A stretch of 64,000 nucleotides of DNA. Origin: Candidatus Sericytochromatia bacterium (GTDB lineage Bacteria; Cyanobacteriota; Sericytochromatia; S15B-MN24; UBA4093). The number at the start of each line of letters is the position of its first letter. The stretch's first letter is position 1. Positions 10,172-20,072 of this stretch are shown here, one piece after another. Below the pieces are notes generated by a model that saw only the letters and a program-made list of their open reading frames with translations, searched no databases and was not told where the DNA came from. A program made the position numbers and the translations under genes. Location: the NCBI GenBank assembly GCA_036676985.1, contig JAKFBU010000027.1, forward strand, positions 192,001 to 256,000, written 5' to 3'.

Positions 10172-12548
10172 GGGTGGCTATGGCCTCCGAGGCCCCGGCG
10201 GGCCCCATGCGCCGCAGGCCATTCTGGCGGATGCGCTCGAGACGGGCGGGATCCAGGAGGATGCTCCAGGTCTCGCTCGCCACTTCACCGGGATCGGCCG
10301 GCACCAGGCTGATGGACTCGCCCAAGAGGCGCGCCTGGGACTGCGCGAAGGCGGGGTTGAACTGCGGGCCCTTGCCGGGGAACGTCACGACCGGCAGGCC
10401 GCGTCCCACGCACTGCTCGTTGGCGGTTCCCGCCATGCCCACCACCAGCTGCACCGTCGCCATCCAGTCGCCGAAGTGACCCCGGCAGAGGCGCAGCGTC
10501 AAGCCATTGGGGCCCACCAGCTGCTCCTCGGCCGCATCGAGGACCCAGCCGCGGGCGGTTGCAGCCCTCGCCAGGCGGTGAACATCGAGGCTGTCGGCGA
10601 TGGCGGCATAGTAGTCGACGGCGCGCCCCTGCGGCGCCCGCTCCGCGATGGCCGAGCAGCACTCCAGCAGGTCGGACAGGTTGGCGATCGCCTCTTCCCG
10701 GCTACCCGGCAAGATACCGATGCGCCAGGCCTCCGGATCGACGGGCCACGGACGCCCGTTGGCCTCCAGGTCGTCCATCATGGGGTTGCCGAGGTCGTGC
10801 GCCCGGAACTCGGCCTCCGAGAGCGTCTGGTAGGTGGCCGAGTCGCGCGGGTAGATGGCCAGGCAGCGCGGATGGTGCATGTACCAGCGCTCGAGGCCAT
10901 TGTAGTGGGAGAGGCTGCCCACCAGGTACTGAGACGACTTGGCACACCCCACGAAGACGAAGCGAGCGTTCGAGAGCCACGCGAAGTAGAGGGGCACCAC
11001 GTCGCCCACGGCCACCACCAGGTCCACCTCGTCGCGCAGGGAGCGGACGGCCATGAATTGGCGGAGGGCGAGGCCCAGGAGGCCCTCGCTGAGGTCTGCC
11101 CAGATACCGCGCCGGCTCCGCAGGCTGAACCCGCCGGACGGCATCTCGCGCGTGGGCCCGACCACCGGGATCCCCGCGCTCCGGAAGGAGCGGCCCTCGC
11201 CCACGATGGGCAAGGCCCACAGCTCCACGTCGGGCGAGGTGAAGCGTTTGGCGATCGCCACCGCGATCCGGTCCTCACCGTACCCGTTGCTGATGAAGAG
11301 CACCCGCCGGGCCTTGCGGACCGGCTTGGGGCGGAAGCGTCGCATGGCGACGAGCATGCCGAGCATCGAGAAGAACAGGATGCTGTTGCGGCCCTCGGTG
11401 AACAGGAAGTCGAAGAGGCCGATGAGCATGTAGCCCACGATGGTGCAGCCGAGGATGATGACGTGCCGGCGCCAGGGCGTGTCGGAGGTCGCCCGGATGG
11501 TCTTGATCACCAGGGACAGGAACACGCCCAGGAGGACGCCGAGGACGATCAGGCCGAACTCGGCGCCGATCATCAGGTACATGTTGTGGGCGTGCGGCAG
11601 CTCCTCGAGGATGTTCGGCGCCTCGAAGCGCGGGTACACCACGGGCCAGGTGCCGGGCCCCCAGCCCGTCAGGGGGCGTTGCAGGATCATCTCGAGCGCG
11701 CTCTTCCAGACAAGCACGCGGTTCTTGTTGCTCTGAAAGTCCGCGTTCATGAGCGTCTGGAGGCGGGGCAGCAGGATCTGCCACAGGGAGATGAGGGAGA
11801 TCGTCATGCCCCCAAAAAGGGCGATGAGGATCCGCCGATCGACCAGGAGGCCGATGAGCGTGAGCGTGGCGGCCGTGGCGATCCAGCCCGAGCGGGACGT
11901 GGTGAGCACCTGGGCCAGCATGACCAGGCCGAGCCCGCCGGCCACCAGGTAGCGCCGCCGCCCTCGCTCGTGGAGGAGCAGCATGAGCCCCAGCCCGCTC
12001 ACCAGGAGCAGGTAGGCCGAGAAGATGTTGGGATGGTAGAAGACGGACGCCGCCCGGTGGTCCCAGGTGCCGAGCTGCAGGCTGATGCCGCCCGAGTTGT
12101 AGGTCCAGTAGGTCTTGGTGGCCACCAGCACGATGCCGAGGATGGCGAAGACCACCGTCGACCAGAAGAGGTTGCGGCAGAGCGCCCAGATGCGCTCCGG
12201 GGTGTCCAGCACGAGACCGACCACCCAGATGACCGTGAAGTACCCCCCGAACAACAGGAGGGACACGGAGCTCACCAGGGGCGTGACGCTCGTGCAGACC
12301 GACAGTGCCACCACGGCCATGAGCAGGGCCCAGCTCTTGGCCGGGACGAAGACTTCGGTCCGCCGCTTGCGCGAAGCGAAGTAGATGCCTAGCCCCAGGA
12401 GGATGAGGGCGCTGATGGCCGACATGAGGGGCAAGAGGAAGTAGGCGGCGTTGAAGAGGATCCAGCATGCCCGGGGAACGTCGGAGGGTCCCCGGTCGGC
12501 AGGCGTGGTGGTCGAGCGCTCGGGCGCGCCCGCGACGGTCTTCACCAT
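10152..12548 (-). CDS. Fusion: O-antigen ligase (Wzy_C/WaaL-like) domain plus lipid-A-disaccharide-synthase-related (TIGR03492-like) domain, 798 aa
   Basis: N half: HPNIFSAYL, TTSRSGW, R..VWKSA..RPLTGWG, HAHNMYL..GAEFG. C half: LFISNGYGED, PSGGF, VGD, LGNPMMD, LPGSR, GMAGTANEQCVGRGLP. ATG12548 overlaps the GT2 stop. Confidence 0.82.
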   Translation of the reverse strand: MVKTVAGAPERSTTTPADRGPSDVPRACWILFNAAYFLLPLMSAISALILLGLGIYFASRKRRTEVFVPAKSWALLMAVVALSVCTSVTPLVSSVSLLLFGGYFTVIWVVGLVLDTPERIWALCRNLFWSTVVFAILGIVLVATKTYWTYNSGGISLQLGTWDHRAASVFYHPNIFSAYLLLVSGLGLMLLLHERGRRRYLVAGGLGLVMLAQVLTTSRSGWIATAATLTLIGLLVDRRILIALFGGMTISLISLWQILLPRLQTLMNADFQSNKNRVLVWKSALEMILQRPLTGWGPGTWPVVYPRFEAPNILEELPHAHNMYLMIGAEFGLIVLGVLLGVFLSLVIKTIRATSDTPWRRHVIILGCTIVGYMLIGLFDFLFTEGRNSILFFSMLGMLVAMRRFRPKPVRKARRVLFISNGYGEDRIAVAIAKRFTSPDVELWALPIVGEGRSFRSAGIPVVGPTREMPSGGFSLRSRRGIWADLSEGLLGLALRQFMAVRSLRDEVDLVVAVGDVVPLYFAWLSNARFVFVGCAKSSQYLVGSLSHYNGLERWYMHHPRCLAIYPRDSATYQTLSEAEFRAHDLGNPMMDDLEANGRPWPVDPEAWRIGILPGSREEAIANLSDLLECCSAIAERAPQGRAVDYYAAIADSLDVHRLARAATARGWVLDAAEEQLVGPNGLTLRLCRGHFGDWMATVQLVVGMAGTANEQCVGRGLPVVTFPGKGPQFNPAFAQSQARLLGESISLVPADPGEVASETWSILLDPARLERIRQNGLRRMGPAGASEAIATHAAQFL

Positions 12549-13378
12549 CCGAGCCGTGCCGCCGCGCGGATCATCGCCTGTTCCCGGTCGGATAGTCCGC
12601 CCCGGTACCGCTCCTTGAGCCGCAAGAGCCGCGTCTGCAGGGCGACGCCCACCCGCAAGCCGCCACGCACCAGCCCGGTGGCCCAGGGGTAATGCTTCTG
12701 GGTCAGGATGACGCTGCCCCGATAGCCCTCGGCGATGGCGCGGGCCCGTACCTCCAGGTCCGAGCGGGTCGCATGCCCCTCGATGTGGCGCACCCGGACG
12801 CCCGGCAGGCAGACGAGCTTCCAGCCGCCCTTGCGCAGGCGCCAGGAGAGGTCGAGGTCCTCGTTGTAGAAGAAGAAGTCCTCGTCCAGCCAACCGACCG
12901 CCTCGAGGGCCGTGCGGCGCAGGAGCAGGCACGTCCCGGGCAGCCAGCTCATGGGCACGACGGCGGGGTTGAAGCGGCCAGCCAGGCCAAGCTTTGGACC
13001 CTGCGGACGACCATCCGGCCAGCACATGAGGGGAGACAGGGCGCCGACCTCCGGATGCGCGTCGGCGTGGGCGACCAGTGCCGCGAGCGCCTCCGGCAGG
13101 AGGGTGACGTCGTTGTTGAGCAAGAGGACGTAGCGGCTCTCGACGGGACGGGCCCCGAGGTTGCATGCCTTGGCGAAGCCGAGGTTCTCGGAATTCTCCA
13201 CCACCGTGACGTCGGGGAAGCCCACGCGCACGCGCTCGACGCTCTCGTCCTGGGAGGCGTTGTCGACCACCACCGCCCGATAGCGCAAGGCACCCGCCGC
13301 GGAGGGCAGGGCCGAGAGACAGGCTTCGAGGACCGAGGCGCCGTTCAGGTTCGGGATGACGATCGCGACATCTAGCAT
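12542..13378 (-). CDS. GT2-family glycosyltransferase (rhamnosyltransferase-like)
   Basis: IVIPNLNG, VVDNASQD, NLGFAKACN, LLNND, FFYNEDLDLSWR. Confidence 0.92.
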   Translation of the reverse strand: MLDVAIVIPNLNGASVLEACLSALPSAAGALRYRAVVVDNASQDESVERVRVGFPDVTVVENSENLGFAKACNLGARPVESRYVLLLNNDVTLLPEALAALVAHADAHPEVGALSPLMCWPDGRPQGPKLGLAGRFNPAVVPMSWLPGTCLLLRRTALEAVGWLDEDFFFYNEDLDLSWRLRKGGWKLVCLPGVRVRHIEGHATRSDLEVRARAIAEGYRGSVILTQKHYPWATGLVRGGLRVGVALQTRLLRLKERYRGGLSDREQAMIRAAARLGW

Positions 13379-13487
13379 ACGAGCCTAACCAGTGTACTTC
13401 ACTTGAGGGCTGCTCTCAAGCGTCAAAGCGCGATCGGACGCGCCTCGGACGCCTCTTGGTCACGGTTGCGTGGTATACTCCAGGGCT

Positions 13488-15446
13488 ATGAGCACTTATC
13501 TCGCCCTGTACCGCAAGTGGCGGCCCAAGAACTTCGAAGATCTGGTCGGGCAAGAGCACGTCGCGCGTACCCTCTCGAATGCCATCACGGGCTCCAAGCT
13601 CGCCCACGCCTACCTCTTCACGGGGCCGCGCGGGACCGGCAAGACGTCCACGGCGCGCATCTTCGCCAAGAGCCTCAACTGCGCGTCCGGGCCGACGGTG
13701 CGGCCGTGCGAGACCTGTGCGGCCTGCGAGGGCATCAACCGCGGCAACTTCCCGGACGTCATCGAGATCGACGCCGCCTCGAACCGCGGCGTGGACGACG
13801 CGCGCGATCTGCGCGACCGGGTCCGCTTCGCCCCCACCCACGGGCGCTACAAGGTGTTCATCATCGACGAGGTCCACATGCTCACGAACGAGGCGTTCAA
13901 CGCCTTGCTCAAGACCATCGAGGAGCCTCCCCCCAACCTCGTCTTCATCCTGGCCACCACCGACGTCCACAAGGTCCTGCCGACCATCATCAGCCGCTGC
14001 CAGCGCTTCGACTTCCAGCGCATCGCCTTCACGGACCTGGTGGGCCGCCTCCGCTTCGTCACGGAGCAGGAAGGCTTCAGCCTCGAGACGGCGGGGCTCG
14101 AGGCGATCGCCAAGCGCGCCGACGGCGGTCTGCGCGACGCGCTGAGCCTGCTCGACCAGGTGCGGGCCTGCGCCTCTACCGAGACGATCTCGGCCACGGA
14201 CGTGTTCAACGCGCTCGGCATCGTCTCCAACGAGGCGGTCGTCAACATCGTTCGCTCGATTGCCGACAGCCAGGTCGTTCCGGCCATCGAGGGCCTGCAG
14301 GCCCTGCTGGCCGCGGGCTTCGACCACCACGGCATCATCCGCGAGCTGCTCGAGTTCTTCCGGCACATGATGCTGGTCGGCGTGGCGGGCGATCGCACCC
14401 AGGCCCTCGAGATCCCCGAGGCTCAGCTGACGGCCCTCAAGGAGCTCGCGCCCCGTCTGAGCATGCCCGAGATCCTCTATGCGATGGAGGTGCTGCGGGA
14501 GACCGAGAACCTCCTCAAGGGCTCCAACCAGATGACGGTCTGGCTCGAGATGGCGCTCATCCGTCTCAGCCAGCGCGAGGAGATTCCCTCGGTCACGGAC
14601 CTCATGCGGCGCGTCGCGGCCCTCGAGGAACGGATGTCCGGTGGCCTTCAGCCCGCGCCCGGTCCGCGTCCGACGGCACGCCCCCAACAGGCGCCGCCCG
14701 CGGCCATGTCCCCCGCTCCGGTTTATGCCCAGCCCGCCCCGACCCCGGCCTCCGCGCCGGCGGCTCCGGCAGCGGCGGCTCCTGCCGCGGTTCCGGCGGT
14801 TCCTGACCCTGTCCCGGTCGCCGCCGAGCCGGCTGCGGAGGGCGGGGACGACCTCGTGACCTTCCTCGGAGTGCTCGCCCGGGTGCACCGCAGCACGCAC
14901 AGCCTGCTCGAGCAGCACGGCCTCTATGCCCGTCGCTCCGGCGCCACCCTCACGGTGGGCATCAAGGCGACCATGCGCAGCTTCTTCGAGAAGGCCGACC
15001 GCAAGGTGTACCTGGACAAGGCCGCCGTACAGGCGTTCGGGCCAGGCGTCCACACATCGCTCGCCTTCGAGACGGGGGATACGGCCCGCCCTAAGTTGGC
15101 CGGCGTCTCCCCGGCGCCGGCCGTTCCCACCCCCGTCCCTCCCGCACCGGTCATCCCGACTGCCGTCACGCCCGCGCCGGCCCCAGCGCCTGTTGCAACG
15201 CCCGTCGAGGTGGCCGTTCCCGTGGCGCCCCCTCAGCCCGTCCCCCAGGCCGTGCCGCCAGCGGCACCGCCCGAGCCGCGTGCCGTCCCCCCCGCCACCA
15301 CCACCAGCGAGCCGCCGACGGTCGCTCCGCGAGTCCCGGACCCCTTACCGGCGGCGGATGAGCCGGTTGGTGGCGCCGCGCCCCGGGAGCTGGTGAATCG
15401 CACGGCGGACATCTTCAACGGCCGGGTCATCGAGCCGACGCTCTAA
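13488..15446 (+). CDS. dnaX: DNA polymerase III subunit gamma/tau
   Basis: LYRKWRP, GPRGTGKT, Cys Zn module, IIDEVHML, SRC, GGLRDA; long Pro/Ala linkers. Confidence 0.97.
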   Translation: MSTYLALYRKWRPKNFEDLVGQEHVARTLSNAITGSKLAHAYLFTGPRGTGKTSTARIFAKSLNCASGPTVRPCETCAACEGINRGNFPDVIEIDAASNRGVDDARDLRDRVRFAPTHGRYKVFIIDEVHMLTNEAFNALLKTIEEPPPNLVFILATTDVHKVLPTIISRCQRFDFQRIAFTDLVGRLRFVTEQEGFSLETAGLEAIAKRADGGLRDALSLLDQVRACASTETISATDVFNALGIVSNEAVVNIVRSIADSQVVPAIEGLQALLAAGFDHHGIIRELLEFFRHMMLVGVAGDRTQALEIPEAQLTALKELAPRLSMPEILYAMEVLRETENLLKGSNQMTVWLEMALIRLSQREEIPSVTDLMRRVAALEERMSGGLQPAPGPRPTARPQQAPPAAMSPAPVYAQPAPTPASAPAAPAAAAPAAVPAVPDPVPVAAEPAAEGGDDLVTFLGVLARVHRSTHSLLEQHGLYARRSGATLTVGIKATMRSFFEKADRKVYLDKAAVQAFGPGVHTSLAFETGDTARPKLAGVSPAPAVPTPVPPAPVIPTAVTPAPAPAPVATPVEVAVPVAPPQPVPQAVPPAAPPEPRAVPPATTTSEPPTVAPRVPDPLPAADEPVGGAAPRELVNRTADIFNGRVIEPTL

Positions 15447-15449
15447 CGC

Positions 15450-16484
15450 ATGGACGCGAAGGAACTGCTGCGAACGATCCCCCTGCGCGTCCGCCTCGCC
15501 ATCGGCGGCGCGCTGGCGCTCCTGATCGTGGGGCTGCTCGCAATGCCGTTCATGCCGGCCGCGCGACCGGGGGCGCCGGCTCGCTACATCACCATCGGAA
15601 ACGACCGCGACCCATACGCGCTCGGCATGATCCTCCAGCGGAAGCGGGTCGTCCGCCATGGCTTCGCCTTTGCGCTGGTGGCGCGCTTTTTGGGCGCCAA
15701 TGAGCGGATCCGGCCCGGCACGTACGCCCTTTCCCCCGGCCAGAGCCCGGCCGAGATCGTGCGGTGGCTGACCGAAGGTCGTGGTCAGGTCCTGCGCCTG
15801 ACGGTTCCCGAGGGCTACTCCATCGGGAAAATTGCCCAACTGCTGGACGCCAAGGGTCTGGCTCGGGGGGCGGTCTTCCGTGACCTGGCCGGGCGTCCCG
15901 AGTACTTCAAGGGTCGGCACCGCTGGCTTTCCGACCTCCCGCCCGGTGCGACGCTCGAAGGTTTCCTGTTCCCGGACACCTACCTCTTCGACGGGGAGCA
16001 GATCGGCGAGGCCGCCCTCATCGAGCAGATGCTCGCGCGCTTCGAATCGGTCATCCGAGCCGAATACCGGAACGCCTCTCGTCCGACCCTTTCCCTGTTC
16101 GAAGCCCTCACGCTCGCCTCCATCATCGAGCTCGAGGCCGTTCGCGCGGAAGAGCGCCCCCTCATCTCGGGTGTCTTCCAGAACCGGCTGAAAATCGGCA
16201 TGCGCTTGGGCTCGGACCCGACCGTGGAGTATGCCCTCGGCCGCCACCAGGGGAGCAAAGGCCTCAGCTACAAGGACGTCAAGGTCGATAGCCCCTACAA
16301 CACCTACCGCTATGCGGGACTCCCTCCCGGGCCCATCGCCAATCCGGGTCTGGCGAGCTTCAAGGCCGCCCTCCACCCGCAAGAGACGGACTACCTGTTT
16401 TTCGTGGCGCGGGGCGACGGCTCGCACGCCTTCACGCGTACCTACCAGGACCACCTCGCGGCCCAGCGGCGGCTTCGTCCATGA
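15450..16484 (+). CDS. mltG: Endolytic transglycosylase MltG
   Basis: TVPEG, LEGFLFPDTY, LASIIELE, SPYNTY..GLPPGPIANPG, YLFFV. Confidence 0.95.
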   Translation: MDAKELLRTIPLRVRLAIGGALALLIVGLLAMPFMPAARPGAPARYITIGNDRDPYALGMILQRKRVVRHGFAFALVARFLGANERIRPGTYALSPGQSPAEIVRWLTEGRGQVLRLTVPEGYSIGKIAQLLDAKGLARGAVFRDLAGRPEYFKGRHRWLSDLPPGATLEGFLFPDTYLFDGEQIGEAALIEQMLARFESVIRAEYRNASRPTLSLFEALTLASIIELEAVRAEERPLISGVFQNRLKIGMRLGSDPTVEYALGRHQGSKGLSYKDVKVDSPYNTYRYAGLPPGPIANPGLASFKAALHPQETDYLFFVARGDGSHAFTRTYQDHLAAQRRLRP

Positions 16485-16548
16485 GCCGAGGGTCCGGACC
16501 CTCTTGGTCCTTTGCGTCCGCTCGCCGGAGTGGTAAGATTCATAGGCT

Positions 16549-17091
16549 ATGAACACCGTCTTTGGCTTACTTCGCCCGGACCTTTGGGTCGGCTCGGTCT
16601 CGGAAATCTCGGCCGAACACCTGCAAGCTCATGGGATCCGCGGGCTCATCCTCGATCTGGACGAGACCCTGGTCTCGGCCCTCGAGAACACGCCGTCGCC
16701 GGAGGTCCATGCGTGGATCCGGTCGATGAAGGACGCGTTCGCGATCTACATTCTGTCCAACAACTTCAACGCGGCCCGCGTGCAGCAGGTGGCGGACGAG
16801 CTGGAGGTGCCGTGTGCCTTCCGGGCGGCCAAGCCCCGGAGGCGTGGTTTCCGCGAGGCACTGGCCGCCATGGGCCTGCAGGCCCATGAGGTCGCCATCG
16901 TGGGCGACCAGCTCTTCACCGACGTCCTCGGCGGCAACCGCCTGGGCGCCTACACCATCCTGGCCACGCCCATCGCCCCCGAGCACAAGTCCCACCGCAA
17001 GGTCATGCGCGTGGTCGAGGGCATGTTCATCCGTGACCTCGAGACCATCAAGGGGCATATGCCCACCCGCACCAAGAAGGAGACCCCGTGA
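16549..17091 (+). CDS. yqeG: YqeG-family HAD IIIA phosphatase
   Basis: DLDETL, SNN, KP, VGDQLFTDVLGGNRLG. Confidence 0.93.
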   Translation: MNTVFGLLRPDLWVGSVSEISAEHLQAHGIRGLILDLDETLVSALENTPSPEVHAWIRSMKDAFAIYILSNNFNAARVQQVADELEVPCAFRAAKPRRRGFREALAAMGLQAHEVAIVGDQLFTDVLGGNRLGAYTILATPIAPEHKSHRKVMRVVEGMFIRDLETIKGHMPTRTKKETP

Positions 17092-17897
17092 GCGAAGCCA
17101 CCCTTGCTACTCCCAAGCTCCCGAACGTGGACCTGGGCCGTCCGCCCGAGTTCGGCATCGTGCTCGGCTCGGGCATCGTCGTCCTCGAGGACCTGGAGGA
17201 CAAGGTCGACATCCCCTACAACGACATCGCGGGGCTGCCCGAGACGACCGTCGCGGGACACGCGGGCGTCCTGACCATCGGGACCATCCCGGGCGGCGCG
17301 CGCGTGGCCATCGCCCGCGGCCGCTTCCACCTCTACGAGGGGCACCCGCTCAGCTCGGCCACCAGCATCGTCCGGCTGTTCGAGGCCATGGGCCTCAAGA
17401 AGATCATCCTGACCAACGCCGCGGGCGGCCTCTGCGGGGACTGGACGCCTGGCGACCTCATGCTCATCGAGGACCAGATCAACCAGATGGGCGCCTTCAA
17501 CGCCGGCATGCGCGACCGCGCGGCCCCGAGCTTCGGCCACACGCCCGCCTATGATCCCGAGTGGACCCGCCGCATGGCCGAGTGGGGGGCGAGCCAGACG
17601 TCGTTCAACCTGCGCCGCGGCGTCTACGTCGGCCTCCTGGGCCCCACCTACGAGACGCCCGCCGAGATCCTCTGGCTCCAGAAGATCGGCGCCCAGGCCG
17701 TCGGCATGTCGACGGTCCCCGAATCGGCCTACGCCACCTCGCGCGGCCTGAAGGTGCTCGGCATCTCCTGCATCACGAACATCGCCGTCACGGCCGAGGC
17801 GCAGGCCGCCACCTCCCACGGCGAGGTGGTGGACGTCGCCAAGATGGCCTCCCAGGCGATGGATCAGGCCTTGCGGGCTGCCTGCCGACTGGCCTAG
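17088..17897 (+). CDS. punA: Purine-nucleoside phosphorylase (trimeric type)
   Basis: GIVLGSG, GRFHLYEG, TNAAGG, GPTYETPAE, VGMSTVPE, ITN. Confidence 0.93.
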   Translation: MSEATLATPKLPNVDLGRPPEFGIVLGSGIVVLEDLEDKVDIPYNDIAGLPETTVAGHAGVLTIGTIPGGARVAIARGRFHLYEGHPLSSATSIVRLFEAMGLKKIILTNAAGGLCGDWTPGDLMLIEDQINQMGAFNAGMRDRAAPSFGHTPAYDPEWTRRMAEWGASQTSFNLRRGVYVGLLGPTYETPAEILWLQKIGAQAVGMSTVPESAYATSRGLKVLGISCITNIAVTAEAQAATSHGEVVDVAKMASQAMDQALRAACRLA

Positions 17898-20033
17898 ATG
17901 GACCAAAAGCCGCTCCCACGATCTCGGAGCGGCTCCTTAGGCCAGAACGCCTCGGGAGCCCGACCGACCCCCCGGCGCAAGAGCGTTCCCCCCGTTCCTG
18001 CCAAGCAGCCGCTTGGCTGGAAGGGGGTCCTCGCGTTCTTGGCCGGTCAGCTGGTGTTCCTGGCGGCGGGATCCGCAGCCGGCGTCGGGATGGGCCTGAG
18101 CCGCCTGCCGGACGTGGGCTCGCTGCAGGCATGGGTGCCAACGGAATCCACCCAGATCTTCGACACCAAGGGCAAGCTCATCGCGAGCGTGCACGGCGAG
18201 GAGAACCGGGAGGTCGTGCCCCTCGGCGAGATCCCGAAGACCCTCCAGCAGGCGGTCATCGCCGTCGAGGACGATCGCTTCTACGAGCACAACGGCATCA
18301 ACCTGCGGGGCATCGCGCGCGCGGCGCTCGCCGACCTCGCCGAGGGCTCCAAGGTCGAGGGCGGCAGCACCATCACCCAGCAGCTCGCCAAGAACCTCTT
18401 CCTCACCTCCAACAAGAGCATCGCCCGCAAGATCGCCGACGCGTGGCTCGCCATCCAGATCGAACGCCGATACTCCAAGGCGCAGATCCTCGAGATGTAC
18501 CTCAACCAGGTCTACTGGGGCCACAACAGCTACGGCATCCAGGCGGCCACTCGCGTCTACTACGGCAAGAAGACCAAGGACCTGACGCTCGCCGAAAGCG
18601 CCCAGCTGGCCTTTTTGCTGCGCGGACCGGAGCGTTACTCGCCGCACCGCAACCCGGCGCTGGCCGAGCGGGGCCGCCGCGTCGCCCTGGGGCGCATGGT
18701 GGAGGCGGGCTTCATCTCTCAGGCCGAGGCCCAGGCGGCGGCAGCCGAGAAGATCCCCTACGCCAAGCTCCAGACCTTCACCTACCGCGCACCCTACTAC
18801 ACGAGCTTCCTGCTCAACCAGCTCCTGACCCGCTACGGCAGCGACGTGGTCATGCGCGGCGGGCTGCGCGTCCGCTCCACGCTCGATCTCGACGTCCAGC
18901 TGAAGGCCGAGCAGTTGCTCAAGGAGGCGATCGCCACCCACGGCAAACGCCTGCACTTCACCCAGGGCGCCATCGTCGTCCTGGATCCCCGCACCGGCTA
19001 CATCCGGGCCATGGTGGGCGGGGTGGACTACAACGCCTCCAAGTTCAACCGCATCACCCAGGCCCACCGCCAGCCGGGTTCCTCCTTCAAGCCGTTCGTC
19101 TACCTGACGGCCTTTGCGGCGGGGATCTCGCCCGCGACGGTCATGAACGACGCCAAGATGTCGTACAGCGCGGGCAACGGCGAGCTGTGGACGCCCGAGA
19201 ACTTCGGCAACGAGTACTCCGGGGACATGACGCTGCGCAAGGCGCTGGAGCGCTCCAACAACGTCATCGCCGTCAAGCTCCTGAACCGGGTGGGCATCGA
19301 TCCGGTCGTCGAGAATGCGCATCGCCTGGGGATTCAGAGCCCACTCGGCTCGAACCTCTCCCTGGCGCTCGGCAGCTCGGAGGTGAGCCCGCTCGAGCTG
19401 GCGTCCGCGTACGGGGTCTTCGCCGCCGACGGCATGCGTTGCGAGCCGCAGGCCTACAGCGTGGTCGAGGACCGTACCGGACAGGTGATCGAGCGCAACG
19501 ATCCGCGGCCGATCCGGGTCTTCGACGCCGAACCCATCCGCACCCTCAACGACGTCATGTCGGGCGTCGTGAAGTGGGGAACGGGCGCCGGGGCGAACTT
19601 CGGGCGTCCGGCCGCCGGCAAGACGGGCACGACCTCGGACCACCGCGACGCGTGGTTCGTGGGCTACACCCCGGATCTGGTGGCCCTGGTCTGGATCGGC
19701 AATGACGACAACTCCAAGATGCTGGGCGGCACCACCGGAGGCGGCGTCTGCGCGCCGCTGTGGGGCAAGCTCATGAAGTTCGCCCATACCGCCACGCCGT
19801 CCGTCTTCCCCAAGCCGAAGGACATGGCCCCGGCCCGGGCGGCCAAGCCCGCCCAGGCCTCCCGCTCCCAGGAGGTACCGGACTTCTACGTGCCCGGCGG
19901 GGACAATGAACCGGGCAAGAAGCCCAAAGTCGTGCTCCCGGATCCCGAGACGTTCGGCCGCGAGGCCGAGTCGGCGTCCGGCAGCTCGGATGGTGAGCCG
20001 GAACCTTCCCAGATCCTCCAAGACATGCAATAG
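17898..20033 (+). CDS. Class A penicillin-binding protein (PBP1A family)
   Basis: EDDRFYEH, GGSTITQQLAKN, SSFK (SxxK), SNN, KTGT. Confidence 0.95.
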   Translation: MDQKPLPRSRSGSLGQNASGARPTPRRKSVPPVPAKQPLGWKGVLAFLAGQLVFLAAGSAAGVGMGLSRLPDVGSLQAWVPTESTQIFDTKGKLIASVHGEENREVVPLGEIPKTLQQAVIAVEDDRFYEHNGINLRGIARAALADLAEGSKVEGGSTITQQLAKNLFLTSNKSIARKIADAWLAIQIERRYSKAQILEMYLNQVYWGHNSYGIQAATRVYYGKKTKDLTLAESAQLAFLLRGPERYSPHRNPALAERGRRVALGRMVEAGFISQAEAQAAAAEKIPYAKLQTFTYRAPYYTSFLLNQLLTRYGSDVVMRGGLRVRSTLDLDVQLKAEQLLKEAIATHGKRLHFTQGAIVVLDPRTGYIRAMVGGVDYNASKFNRITQAHRQPGSSFKPFVYLTAFAAGISPATVMNDAKMSYSAGNGELWTPENFGNEYSGDMTLRKALERSNNVIAVKLLNRVGIDPVVENAHRLGIQSPLGSNLSLALGSSEVSPLELASAYGVFAADGMRCEPQAYSVVEDRTGQVIERNDPRPIRVFDAEPIRTLNDVMSGVVKWGTGAGANFGRPAAGKTGTTSDHRDAWFVGYTPDLVALVWIGNDDNSKMLGGTTGGGVCAPLWGKLMKFAHTATPSVFPKPKDMAPARAAKPAQASRSQEVPDFYVPGGDNEPGKKPKVVLPDPETFGREAESASGSSDGEPEPSQILQDMQ

Positions 20034-20072
20034 TGTCTCGGTGGCCTGGTGGGGCCGAGAGAGGCTGTTCGC

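Noticed and set aside
13488-15446. Programmed frameshift producing DnaX gamma
   Set aside because: No A-AAA-AAG or poly-A slippery site seen; the Pro/Ala-rich stretches are ordinary linkers.
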